In this document: positions 25,301 through 34,968 of the stretch, piece after piece | Numbering within the stretch: the first letter of the stretch is position 1 | Layout of the letters: each line of letters opens with the position of its first letter | DNA from: Podarcis cretensis | Lineage: Eukaryota | Reading direction: 5' to 3' | DNA length: 64,000 bases | NCBI GenBank assembly: GCA_951804945.1 | Contig: OX638156.1 | Location: 40,176,001 to 40,240,000 of the forward strand | Notes under the pieces: model-generated | Database searches by the model: none | Seen by the model: only the letters and a program-made list of their open reading frames with translations | What the model was told of the DNA's origin: nothing | Position numbers and translations under genes: made by a program

Positions 25301-28300
25301 AAATTCAGAGTCAAATATGTATTTAAATATGTTTTTTTGTATGGACAGAATGGACTTATGAGCAAACACTGGCAAAACTGGCACATATTAGATATAGGTT
25401 GATCCACCTGGCCCTTCTCAGCTCAGACTGTGACCACATTTAAAGCTGTATTGTTCCATTATAAACAGTCACAGGTTCTTAAGGGTGGTGAGAGCTATTA
25501 GAAGACTCCTATCCCCCCACCTCCCTTCAAGCTACAATTTCCAGAGTAGTTTAACAATCATTCTTCCTTCCTTGGGAACCCCGGGAATTGCAGCTCTATG
25601 AGGGGAATAGGGGTTTCCTAATAACTCTCAGCAGCACCCTTAACAAAATACAGCTCCCAGAATTCTTTGGGGTAAGCCATGACTGTTCAGTTGGAATGCT
25701 ACTGCTTTAAATATATAGTGTAGGTGTGGTCTCTACGCATTTAATGTGCTCCCATGTGTCCCCACTTCAGCTCCAAACAGATTATTAGCCCTGTTGTTGA
25801 GAGCCTGGTCATGGACAAGGTTCCTCCATCAAGGGCCGTGGCCTGCTGGATGTGCCATACAGAGGCAATGAGCCGTTAGTGTGTTTATGATCAAGGAAAT
25901 GGGTGTGTTTGGGTGTTCTTTGCCTGATACTTCCCAGTTCTGTGCATGTCTCTGACACCATGAGAACAACTTACCATCAGCTCCAGGATAAATGGTTTGG
26001 GAATTAGCACCTGGAGCGTGGCCAGGGCTTTGCAGCCCGGCTTTGCAGATGGATGAAGATGTCAGAACCCAAAGGACATTTGCACTTCTGAAAGTGTGGA
26101 TTTAGAGACCCGTTATCTGCCAACCATTTCAGATCTGTACTTCTCTTCTCCCAGTCCTGATCACCCTGGTCAGAGAGAGCTTGGCCTGAGCGACATTAGG
26201 TATCTCAGAAATAAATGATAAACAAAAATCAAAAGAAGCATGGAGTTGGAAGGGTCCCAAAGGGTCATCTAGTTCAATCTCAACAATGCAGGAATAATTT
26301 GTATGTGTGAAAATCTTCCTGCCATTTTTGTCTCTTTTTCTTTTTCTCTTTCTCTCTCTGGTTATTGGTTGTGGTGTTCTTGTCTTGTTTTTCTGCTGTT
26401 GATCAGACAAGCCTTGAATGTGTGATGTTCCAAAATAAAAGCCTCTCTTGCCCTCCCAACCCTCAACCAGACTCTCTTTGCTTCCACCTCCTACTCAACC
26501 TCCCCTCCATATCTCTCTTAGTTGCATACCTGAAGGACCGAAGGCTGAGTGGAGGATCAGGTATCCCCTCCCCCAATGTCTGCTCACTGTCACATCCACA
26601 TGCTGCATGTACCCCTCGCCCCCGTCCTCTCCTTATTGTGCATTGCTGCTGTACAGAGTGTGCTTTTCTGCTGCAGCTTCCATAGTTGGTCCTGCAGTAA
26701 AGAGACAGGCAAGTAAACAGGCGACTGAGGCTGACAGACAAAGAAGCATCTGCCCTCCCCTGCTGCATCTGTAGCATGACTCACACACTATGGGAAGCGC
26801 ACAGCTATGTCATTCCAATGGCGTTTGTTGAAACAGATGAGTTTTCCCAAAAAAAGATTTGCCGCTGTGCTTTCCAAGGCAGCCTTCCTCATTCTGGTGC
26901 TCTGCAGGTGTTTCAGACTGCAACTTCCATTAATCCCAGCTTCCTATGGCCACACTGACTGGGGCTAATGGGAGCTGTGGTCTGAAACATCTGGGAGGTA
27001 CCAGCTTGCAGGAGGCTGGCCAAAAGCATCCTGAGTGTGTTGTTGGTGTGATACCTTCCTGCTGATAGTCACATCTTCCCACAGAGAGATGCAACAGCCA
27101 GGTTGTTTGGCGGCAGCGTCACACCTGACTGAATCCCAAAACACGCTGTTCCTGGGGGTTTGCAATTTCTCCTCAACAGCCACGCATGTGCACTTACAAA
27201 TCCAAGGGTGTCCCTCTTGGAAGATTTTTTTTTAAAAAAGGTTAATGGCCAAGTGTGGCATTTTCACATGTCTTGCAATTACGAGTGCACCCATGACTTC
27301 TTGGATTTTGTGCATCTTGGCACAGAAAGGGAATTGTGCTGATCTTTAGAGTTGGGGGCCCTGTTCATGGGCAGATGCACAAGAGCGGAGTCAGCATGGC
27401 CCTTGACCAGCATGGGATATAAGACCATGCAAAAAGGAGAAAAGGCTATCAATAGGAGGAGAGAGGGCTATCAATAACTACTAGACACAATGGGCTGTTC
27501 TGCCTCCACAACCAGAGGCAGCAATACTTCTGAATACCTATTGGTGAAAACCAGAGGAGGAGAGAGTGTTGTTCTGCTTGGGTCCCACTTGCTGGTTTCC
27601 TGCAAGCATCTGCTTGGCTGCTGAGATGTTGGGGATTGTATGTCAGTGGCAGAGCAGGGCACACAGGAGGTGCATCCAGGCGCAGAGAGTCACTTTGCTC
27701 CCCACCCTGTCCCACCACAGCCCTACCTGCTACCTAGTTTTGCTGGTCACCTGTGCCTCTTGCAGCAGTGAGGGGAGCCAAAAAAAAAAGGGGGGGATGA
27801 TGGAGCCTCAGAACAGTGGTAGAATAATTTATTTTGCAACTTGACATGCCCCATGTGTGTTTTGGCACTCTGCAGTCTTCAGGAGCAGCTGGGTCACACT
27901 CTGCTTGTCGTGGCTGTTTGCTTAGGTCAGGGTTGGCTTCCCCTGCAGCCCTCCAGATGTTGCTGGACCCTGATCTCCATCATCCCTAGCCTTTGCCCAG
28001 GTTAGCTGAGAGGGCAGATGGCGGGCTTCTGTACTTAGAGCACATCATTCTGAAATTCTTCACACAAGCCATCGTCTGGCAAGCCACCCACTGTCTCCCA
28101 CACAGTCAGCTTGGTCATGTCTTTGGGGTGTGATTGCTGGGCTGGTTTGTCTGCCTTCTACAACCTGGTGCCTTCCAGATGTTTTGGACTATGAATTCAT
28201 GGAGGAGAGGGTGATCAATGGCTACTAGCCATGGTGGCTATGCTCTGCTTCCACAGTCGGAAGCAGTAATGCTGGAATACCAGTTACTGGAAATCACAGG

Positions 28301-28797
28301 AGGAGAGAGTGTTCTGGTATTCAGTTTCCAGTTTCCCACAGGCATCTATGAGAACAGAATCCTGGACTAGATGGACCATTGACGTGATCCAGCAAGCTCT
28401 TTTTGTGCCCTTGTGTTCTTACGCCTCAAGAGTTGGTGCATGGCTAGGGCTTGAGTGGCTGAAGGCTGCTGGGCTTTAGGCGCCCTCTGAGGCCAGGGGC
28501 TTGATGTTGCTTCTTCCCTCTCCTGTGGCAGCTTTGCTCGTCTTTGTGGCGCTCGCTCCGCCTGGACCCTCCCTGGTCCGCTTTTTGTCCCTGGCAGAAG
28601 CATTGATGCTCTCTCTCTCTCTTTCTCTCCCTGTAGTGCCCTCTGCCAGTATGACGCGCCTGGCCCGCTCCCGCACGGCTTCCCTCACCAGCGCCAGCTC
28701 TGTGGAGGGCGGGGGCAACCGCCCAAGAGCCTGCACCCACTCGGAGAGCAGCGAGGCCATGGGGCAGATCAACCACACCATGGAGGTGTCCTGCTGA
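7362..28797 (+). CDS. NDRG4: Protein NDRG4 (NDRG4-B/Bvar type, alpha/beta-hydrolase fold), spliced CDS, 341 aa (354 aa with cassette exon)
   Basis: Exons 7362-7382, 12149-12254, 15435-15555, 16416-16478, 17007-17067, 17705-17791, 19803-19859, 21126-21229, 21833-21889, 21984-22035, 23045-23092, 24329-24364, 24906-24957, [26522-26560], 28637-28797. All introns GT-AG with consistent phases. Translation [31 protein letters not shown]...[15 protein letters not shown]...NHTMEVSC* matches NDRG4 as recalled. Confidence 0.97.
11625..11850 (-). mobile_element. Same SINE family, degenerate copy
   Basis: cacaacaaccctgtgaggtaggg...ggtttgaacccagg is the reverse complement of the 15054 copy. Confidence 0.7.
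12149..12254 (+). CDS. NDRG4: NDRG4 exon (EHDIETPYG...YHDVGLN)
   Basis: tcctccag|GAG...AATC|gtaagt. Confidence 0.97.
12693..12732. repeat. (GACA)n microsatellite
   Basis: direct reading. Confidence 0.95.
14605..14693. mobile_element. Short hAT-Charlie-like MITE
   Basis: Perfect 14-bp TIRs CAGTGGTTCCCAAA / TTTGGGAACCACTG. Confidence 0.72.
15054..15297 (+). mobile_element. tRNA-derived CORE/MIR-like squamate SINE (Squam3-like)
   Basis: A box-like GTGGTGTTCATGG, B box GAGTTCGAATCC, core GGGTGACCTTGGGCCAGTCAC...CCTACCTCACAGGGTTGTTGTGAGGAT, AAT-rich tail. Confidence 0.75.
15435..15555 (+). CDS. NDRG4: NDRG4 exon (HKLCFNTFF...SQFPQG)
   Basis: ttgcag|ACAAG...CAGGG|gtaggt. Confidence 0.97.
16416..16478 (+). 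CDS. NDRG4: NDRG4 exon ([21 protein letters not shown])
   Basis: tcacag|GTAC...TTTGG|gtgagc. Confidence 0.97.
17007..17067 (+). CDS. NDRG4: NDRG4 exon ([20 protein letters not shown])
   Basis: ccacag|GTTC...GCT|gtaagt. Confidence 0.97.
17403..17542. mobile_element. Palindromic hAT-type MITE (best-preserved copy)
   Basis: Almost fully self-complementary: cagccttcc..tggtgccctcca..tagactacaactcccatcagc / gctgatggcagtcgtagtcta..tggagggcacca..ggaaggct. Confidence 0.8.
17705..17791 (+). CDS. NDRG4: NDRG4 exon (LIFPDLVEG...WAATK)
   Basis: ttttag|CTG...AAG|gtgaga. Confidence 0.97.
18176..18222. repeat. (AAAC)n microsatellite
   Basis: direct reading. Confidence 0.95.
19500..19615. mobile_element. 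Palindromic hAT-type MITE with 8-bp TSD
   Basis: CAGCCTTCC...GGAAGGCTG; TSD aattagac at 19492-19499 and 19616-19623. Confidence 0.82.
19803..19859 (+). CDS. NDRG4: NDRG4 exon ([19 protein letters not shown])
   Basis: tttcag|CTC...CAG|gtaaga. Confidence 0.97.
21126..21229 (+). CDS. NDRG4: NDRG4 exon ([11 protein letters not shown]...WNMYN)
   Basis: ccacag|GAA...AACAG|gtacgt. Confidence 0.97.
21833..21889 (+). CDS. NDRG4: NDRG4 exon ([20 protein letters not shown])
   Basis: tttctcag|TCGC...CTCCG|gtaagc. Confidence 0.96.
21984..22035 (+). CDS. NDRG4: NDRG4 exon ([17 protein letters not shown])
   Basis: ttgcag|CTGC...GTG|gtgagt. Confidence 0.97.
22276..22330. repeat. (GA)n microsatellite
   Basis: direct reading. 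Confidence 0.95.
22370..22631 (-). mobile_element. Same SINE family, degenerate copy
   Basis: T-rich tail, ctccaaggagctcaa, cctcacaacaaccctgtgaggtag, ggatttgaatccc. Confidence 0.72.
23045..23092 (+). CDS. NDRG4: NDRG4 exon ([16 protein letters not shown])
   Basis: gttag|GTT...AAG|gtgaga. Confidence 0.97.
23938..24163. mobile_element. Tc1/mariner (Tigger/pogo-like) MITE
   Basis: 18-bp TIRs CAGTGATACCTCGGGTTA / TAACCCGAGGTACCACTG (1 mismatch), TA on both sides, internal repeats of gcttcaggtta. Confidence 0.88.
24329..24364 (+). CDS. NDRG4: NDRG4 exon ([12 protein letters not shown])
   Basis: acccag|ATG...CAG|gtgagt. Confidence 0.97.
24906..24957 (+). CDS. NDRG4: NDRG4 exon ([17 protein letters not shown])
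   Basis: gaacag|CCT...TACA|gtaagt. Confidence 0.97.
25430..25730. mobile_element. Degenerate palindromic MITE
   Basis: Nested inverted segments: atttaaagc/gctttaaat, aacagtca/tgactgtt, ttaagggtg/cacccttaa. Confidence 0.55.
26522..26560 (+). CDS. NDRG4: NDRG4 39-nt alternative cassette exon ([13 protein letters not shown])
   Basis: ctcttag|TTGCATAC...TCAG|gtatcc; phase 1-1; matches the 13-aa NDRG4-Bvar/H insert as recalled. Confidence 0.92.
28195..28421 (+). mobile_element. CR1-type LINE 3' end fragment
   Basis: aattcatggaggagagggtgatcaatggctactagccatgg...ggactagatggacc...tgatccagca. Related pieces at ~27450-27620 (+) and ~10035-10260 (-). Confidence 0.6.
28637..28797 (+). CDS. NDRG4: NDRG4 last coding exon ([15 protein letters not shown]...MEVSC*)
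   Basis: (CT)n-rich polypyrimidine tract, ctgtag|TGCCC; TGA ends at 28797. Confidence 0.97.
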
Positions 28798-29269
28798 GGG
28801 CCTCCACCTTACTCCTCCTCGCCGTCTTCTTCACGGGTGACCTCGAGGGCCCACTCATCCAGTCACTCTCCAGCTGGCTCCATCCCCTGCGGCTTCCTGT
28901 GGCTTTAATTTCTTTTGCCGTCTTTCTTTTCCTTTCACATTATGGAATACAAAGTTGGGAGGGGGGCATAGGGAGAGTGGGAATCAACAGCAGCAGCTTG
29001 ATGTCAATGGCCACCTCCACCCATAGGCCCAGGTGCCATTTTGAACCAGGGATTGGGTTGGTTTCTAGCTGGCTTGGAAGTGGCAGGCATGACCCTCTGC
29101 ACAGCTTGAGGCAAGGCGAGCAGGAGGGATGTTTTACACTTGCCTAGCCAGGGTGCCTCTCCTTCAGAAAAGCCACTCACCCAGTGAGTCAGAAGGGGGA
29201 GAGTGTTCTCGTGGGCCCTTCAGCTTAGATGCCCAACAATTAATCCACAATGTACCCATGCAGTGGTTT

Positions 29270-29425
29270 ACTTACTTTATTTATTTTCAGACACTTATAT
29301 CCCTCCTTTTCCTTTTCCAAGGAGCTCAAGGTGGCATACATGGTTCACCCTTCCTCATTTAATCCCCACAACAACCCTGTGAAGTAGGCTAGTTGAAAGA
29401 GGTAGTGACTGGCCCAAGGTCCTCG
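29270..29425 (-). mobile_element. Same SINE family, truncated copy in NDRG4 3' UTR
   Basis: tccaaggagctcaaggtggc...cacaacaaccctgtgaagtagg...gtgactggcccaaggtc. Confidence 0.68.
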
Positions 29426-32071
29426 TCTGACACTCCAACCACTGGTTTAGGAAGGAGGGAAATTGCAACCTTGAAGGCAAATGCCTCTTAGTTTCTACCC
29501 TTCTCTTTGGCTTTGGAGCACAAGCTTTTTAGTTCCACGGCTTTTGAAAGCCTTTTTGGTGGCTGACTCTGTGCCAGCAGGTTTTGCTGGAAAGACAACA
29601 GAAATCGGGCCTTAACTGGGTAGGAACATGCACATAGAGTCGAGCCGTTTCTCCAGCTGCTGTATAAAACCATCCAGGGGGTCCTATTGCATCATTTCCT
29701 TCCCCTACATGTAAATTCAGTCAAAAGCAGAAAATGGGAAGTTGTCGTCCCCCCGTCCCCCCCAGTACTAGGAATGAGCAGCAGGGCTTTCCAAGCCTAA
29801 GGGGTAGGGAAAGGTCATAGTTGGTTTTAGGATTTGTTTGGGGTTTCCTCAAGCCTTTTAACCAGTGCTATAAATGGCCATTGAGTAAAACTCGTTGCAA
29901 TATAAGCTGCCCCCATGCTTATTATTTTTTTTAAAAGGACAATCAGTGGCAGGAATCAAAAACACAAGGGCACATTTACGCATGTTTAGAGCATGCTAAC
30001 CCTTGTGGCTTTCCCCTCAGGAATACTAGATTCTTGATACTCTTGCACAATAGCTGTTCCCAGGATCATTCCCTTGAAGGAAACCCCCCTAGAAAGTGCT
30101 GGGTTGTGCATATGCTTTTAGGCTCAGCAGGAATAAGTAGCAGAAGCTTATCCAGCCTCAAGGAGGGAAAATGGGGTCCAGGAACATGAGGGCATTTATT
30201 TAGTTATTTAAAATATTTGTTTCCTGTTCTCGATCAACAGTCCCAGAGCAGGGTACATGAACTATTTTAAAACACAACACAGAAAATAAAAACATAAAAA
30301 TATTCCCAACTAGGCAGGCACCCTTGGGGGTGTCATACTCCAGCCTCTACTGTGTAAGGCTTGTGTTGATGGGGATAAAGAGCTTCCTCCCCCAAAACAG
30401 CCCTGTAGGGGACTGGTCACATCTCCTCCATGCTCCCGCCTGTATGAAAAAACAGGTAGCCTCATGGAAGGCCCTGATCCCGAAGTTTTGTCTGTGGCCC
30501 CCTCTGCACCTCAGGGATGTGATGGATCATGTGAAGGTGCTGGGATATCTGCCCCCAGACTGTGCCTGTCCACATTAGATGCTGTATCAACTTAAGTTCT
30601 ACTCTGAGTAGAACTAGCACTGGACAGAGGCCATTGTTCCAATTGACCCACAGGAGCACCCAGTCTCTCGCCCTCACAACAGCGGCCTCTGTGGTTTCCC
30701 TTACGAAATATTTCATCTAGTATTTATTTACTCACTGTAATGTCATCACAGTTAAGAGGGGGGGGGGAGAAAAAGGCAATGCTCATTTGAATTTCCTCCC
30801 CACTCTTTTCCTGTTGAGTAGATTGTGAGCCTGTGAGCAGGGGTCTTCTTGTGTTTTAATATCTGTATGGCACTTAGAAAAAAATAGACTCCTTAATAAG
30901 CATTAAATGATAATTACTCTTATATTCAAGAAGCCACCCATAAGTTCCGTTGGTCCTTTCATTAGATGGAGGTTCTCAGGGGGGCAATTCTATATGCATT
31001 AATTAATGTTACAGGATACGTTCCCTGAATTCCAGTAAAGAGGCTTGCGGGATCCTCACTTCTAAAGATGCCCTGTTTGCCTAGCATCCAGCCCCTTCAC
31101 TCTGTCCCCTCACGATATGGTTATGCTTCGTACTAGCATGCCACCCTGTCATCTTGTGCTTTGTCCTGCCTGACTTTCTGAAGGATCCCCCCGCAACCAC
31201 CTGAGTGCTCTCTGGGACAGTGCCTCATTTCCGTTCTGGCTTACTGGCAGCACCACAAAACCAGAGGGAAGCAAACGTGTGTGTCCTCTAGGATAGGTCT
31301 CAGGCAGCCCCCCCACCCCACCCCACCCCACCCCACCCCCGTGGCTCTGGGGCTGTTAATTTATTGAGGTCTTTCCATTTCAGTTCATCTCAGAACCCCT
31401 TTCAGAGTTTTGAGGAAGAACAATTAGGAAGAATTTGCCTTCGCAATTCTTCTCAAGTTCCGCACATTCATGCCTTTGAAGAGACTATTCTCCCTACTCG
31501 CTCTGCATTACTGTAAGCCTGCTATTGACGTGGAACCAGAAAGGCTCTTGTCCATGCCACTCTGGGCTCCAAATGAGCCAATATACCCTTCTCCTTCCTT
31601 TCCCCAAACTGCTGCTGGACCACCCAGCCCATCGTTCTTGTTGAATCCCAAATGCATCCTTACCGCGTCCTGATCTTATGTCAGACACTCAGTTCTTTTT
31701 ACTGATGAAACACCCCACCCACATCACCAATCTTGCACATTGCTGCGTTTCCACGCAAGCAAAGAGCTTGAAGTGGGGTTTGGCCCAAAGAGCAACAAGC
31801 AGCTTGCGAGGAGTTCTGTCTCGCCTCTCTGCTACTCGGCAGGCTTTGCACCTGACTTTCTTGCTCCTGACAGTGCGCACGTCAAGGGGTATATATGTGT
31901 GCGTAGCCAGGCATCTTTGCATTTAAATGGTTTGATGTTGCCACAAGCAGTCCAGACACACTCTCTGTTTGATGTAATCCTCTAATCTCAGAATCTTTTA
32001 TTTTGTGTGCTTCCTTCTAAACTTTAAATATGAATGACTGAAGGCTACTAGGACCCTCTTTTACTGTAGAT

Positions 32072-32216
32072 CAGCTTTTGCCAACCTGGGACCCCCCAGA
32101 GGTTGTTGGATTACAGCTCCCATCAGCTCCTCAGCATCACACAGCCAAATTGGTTGGAGCTGAAGGAAGTTGCAGGAGAGAACACCTGCTGGAGGGCACC
32201 TGGTTGGAGGAGGCTG
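32072..32216. mobile_element. Palindromic hAT-type MITE in NDRG4 3' UTR, 8-bp TSD
   Basis: TSD ctgtagat at 32064-32071 and 32217-32224; same internal motifs as the 17403 copy. Confidence 0.8.
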
Positions 32217-32602
32217 CTGTAGATATTGTTGCCTTTTTTCTTGATGTGTTCTTTCAGATGAGATAGATCTATAAATTCCTATATATAATATTTATCTTGG
32301 ATTCCACCCCTGCCATTTACTTGTAGCAATTGGCAACCAATGTGCAGCTTTTCATTTGAAGGTGATCTAGCTATTACTGTGGGGTGGGGGTGGGGGGAAT
32401 TGGATTTTTTTAAAGAAACATTTTCCTGATTAAGGTGGAATTTAATGGATTTCTTTTTTCTGTATGAGGTGAAATGTAATATTTTTGTGCATGATGGTTG
32501 TTGATGCTCTCTGGTTGCATTGATGCCACAATATCTACAAAATGTAAAACAAGGCAAACAAACAAACCCATTGATGTAGAGAGGATTATTGTGTTGAAAA
32601 CT

Positions 32603-32608
32603 AATAAA
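32603..32608 (+). terminator. Probable NDRG4 polyadenylation signal (implies ~3.8 kb 3' UTR)
   Basis: AATAAA at the end of a T-rich, non-repeat block, just before transposon-derived sequence begins. Another AATAAA near 30284 lies in repeat-like sequence. Confidence 0.55.
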
Positions 32609-32989
32609 GATATTAAGATCAAGCAGACTCACTTTGCAGTCAAAGCGGCAGCTTATTCACGAGTGCCACATTTATTTATTTACTGTTAGCAGAATCCAAT
32701 ATATCAGGGCTGGGGAACCTTCCAAGCCCAGGGGCCAGATTGTGACCTCCCTTGAGGCAACTTGTAGGTGGGTGGAGCTGCCTACCTGTCAATCACCTGA
32801 TGTCATAATGAGATCAGGTGACCTTTTTCTGACTATTTTCCTTCCACAGCACTCTGAATGGGGGTTCTGAAGAAATCCCTTTCATAGCACTCTGAATATT
32901 TTTTACATGCACCACCCCTCCAAAAAAGTTGTATTGACACATGCCATGTGATAAAACTCCTTTGCTTTGCTTTAATTCAATCCATAAGC

Positions 32990-33506
32990 CAGTGGTTTTC
33001 AACCAATGTGCCGTGGCACCCTGGAGTGCATTGAATGATGGTCAGGGGTGCCACGGGCAACACTCGTCTCTGTCCCTCTTTCCTTCCCTCCCGCCTCTGA
33101 TGCTCTCTTGTGTCTTTGCCTCCCAAAGGCTTGCACAGCTGTCTGTTGCAGCAGTCCTGGCTACATGCTCCCTAGGTGAATGAATGGTGCCTCTGGGACT
33201 GGTCAGGGGGTGCTCCCCAGTCCCCTGTGGGGCAGTGTGAGGAGGCACCTCCTTTTGGGGTGGGATGAGGGGCAGCTGAGACCAGAAGTAGCAGCTGTGG
33301 CTGCCCAGAGAACTCCCAAGTAGAGGGGAGAAGAGAGGAGGCTGAGGGAACACTCCACAAGGGAGGGTGTTCGAAAAAGGGGTGAGGGGCTGCCAGCTCT
33401 GCAGGCAAGGTGTGACATAATTGGGCTCCTCAGCCCCATAGGGGTACCGCAGAAAGAATGTAGTTGGTCAAGGGAGCCGTGGACCCATAAAGCTTGAAAA
33501 CATTTG
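32990..33506. mobile_element. Non-autonomous hAT (Charlie-like) DNA transposon
   Basis: Imperfect TIRs CAGTGGTTTTCAA / TTGAAAACATTTG; 8-bp TSD ccataagc at 32982-32989 and 33507-33514. Confidence 0.8.
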
Positions 33507-33519
33507 CCATAAGCGCTTA

Positions 33520-33975
33520 TATTTTCCAATGTGATTTATGCCACCATCTGCCAATATTGTCCTCACGCACTCTACTTAAGACAACAGGACAGCCTCTATA
33601 CAAAAGAATAAATGGACACAAATGGACATCAGAAATGACAATATCAAGAAACACGTGGGGAAACATTTCCACTTCCTGGAACCCGCTGTAATTGACATTA
33701 AGATGGACATACTGGAACAAATGAATTTCAAAGGGAGGCTGCAACCTGTAGAGAATGTAATTACCGGTATTAAAACTGTTAATAGCAGAATACCCTCAGT
33801 GCTCTTCTGCATTTCCTCTCAGTGTTTACAATTCTCTTCCTCAACCATGTAGACCTACAACAGGATGTAATGAGCTCATGCATCTGTTGAACTGGACTGC
33901 TGCCCACGAAAGCTTAAGCCATTATAATAAACGTCTTGGTCTCTGAAGTGCCACAAGGCTCTGACTTGCTGCTTC
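33520..33975 (+). mobile_element. Penelope-like retroelement fragment (GIY-YIG endonuclease remnant)
   Basis: Frameshifted TGQPLYKRINGHK / DIRNDNIKKHVGKHF...DIKMDILEQMNFKGRLQ, followed by a Penelope-type tail cacgaaagctta...aataaa...gtgccacaag. Confidence 0.7.
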
Positions 33976-34941
33976 TTGCCTTGACGCTCCAGGTGAACAC
34001 ATCCTAGAGCAACTCCTGCTCTCCTCTAACAAACAGGTGTGAGAGGAGAATAGCCTACAAAGGAAGGTGAGGGTAGAATGGGCAGCCCCCTGGCAAAGCA
34101 CAATTGCTTCCTCTGTCCCCTTTGCCATATCTCAGGGTAGGAAACACTTTTCATCCCAAGGGCCAGATCCCCTTGTGGGGAACATTTCAGGGGCCAGATG
34201 TGAGTGATGGGCAGGGCCAGAGGCAAAAGTGGGAGGAGCAAGACATTTGACTCTTAATCTTTGTGCCGTAGGTCCCTTGCAGCAGTGCAAAACCCAGATT
34301 GCTACACTTACACAAACGTCTCTCCATCCAGACAAGTGAGAGGCCTTCTCACCATTCAAGAATCTATTTTAGCCAAGGAGAAACAGTTGCTGTGGAGCAG
34401 GACCAGTGAGCAGAACGGGAATGGTTTAAGGGAGACCTACGGGAAGTATATCAACTCTGCATGCGGGAACTTTGAAAAAAGCATATTTGACTCCAGTCCG
34501 CCTTGCACATATTACTAGAGTTGGTTCCCGCATGTATCGAAATAATTTACTGGCACTTGTAGTATTGCACAAGTGCTTAACTTTTGGAAAGAACCGAGAG
34601 CTCCGTGGGAGCCCCTGAGGAAGAGGAGGAGCAGCAGCAGCAGCAGCAGCAGCAGCCCGGCTGGGGCAGAAGACGGAGCGAAGCGCCCCAGGGCTCTTTG
34701 GCGCACTGCCCGTGGTTTTGTAACGATATCTTAAAAACTAACGGGGCGGCCAGCGGAACTCCCTGCTACGGAGGACACGGAGGAGAGTGAGCGGCTGCCT
34801 AGTTGCTAGGCAGCTTCAGGGAACCGCGAAATAGCCCCTCCCTCCTGGGCGGGGTTTTGCGTCTCCGCCCCGTAGCGTCAGACGAGCCTTTTCCCCGCGC
34901 GCAGGCGCGTCTGGCCATTCGTAGTTCCGGGTGCGTCCGGC

Positions 34942-34968
34942 ATGGCGAAAGCGGCCAAGTGCGCCAAG
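34942..34968 (+). CDS. SETD6: SETD6 exon 1 (MAKAAKCAK)
   Basis: ggc ATG GCG...AAG|gtgggt; 9 codons, phase 0. Confidence 0.85.

Noticed and set aside
26561-26570. GTATCC donor as a U12-type intron
   Set aside because: Positions +7/+8 are CC, not TT. The downstream acceptor has a long U2-type pyrimidine tract and no TCCTTAAC branch site.
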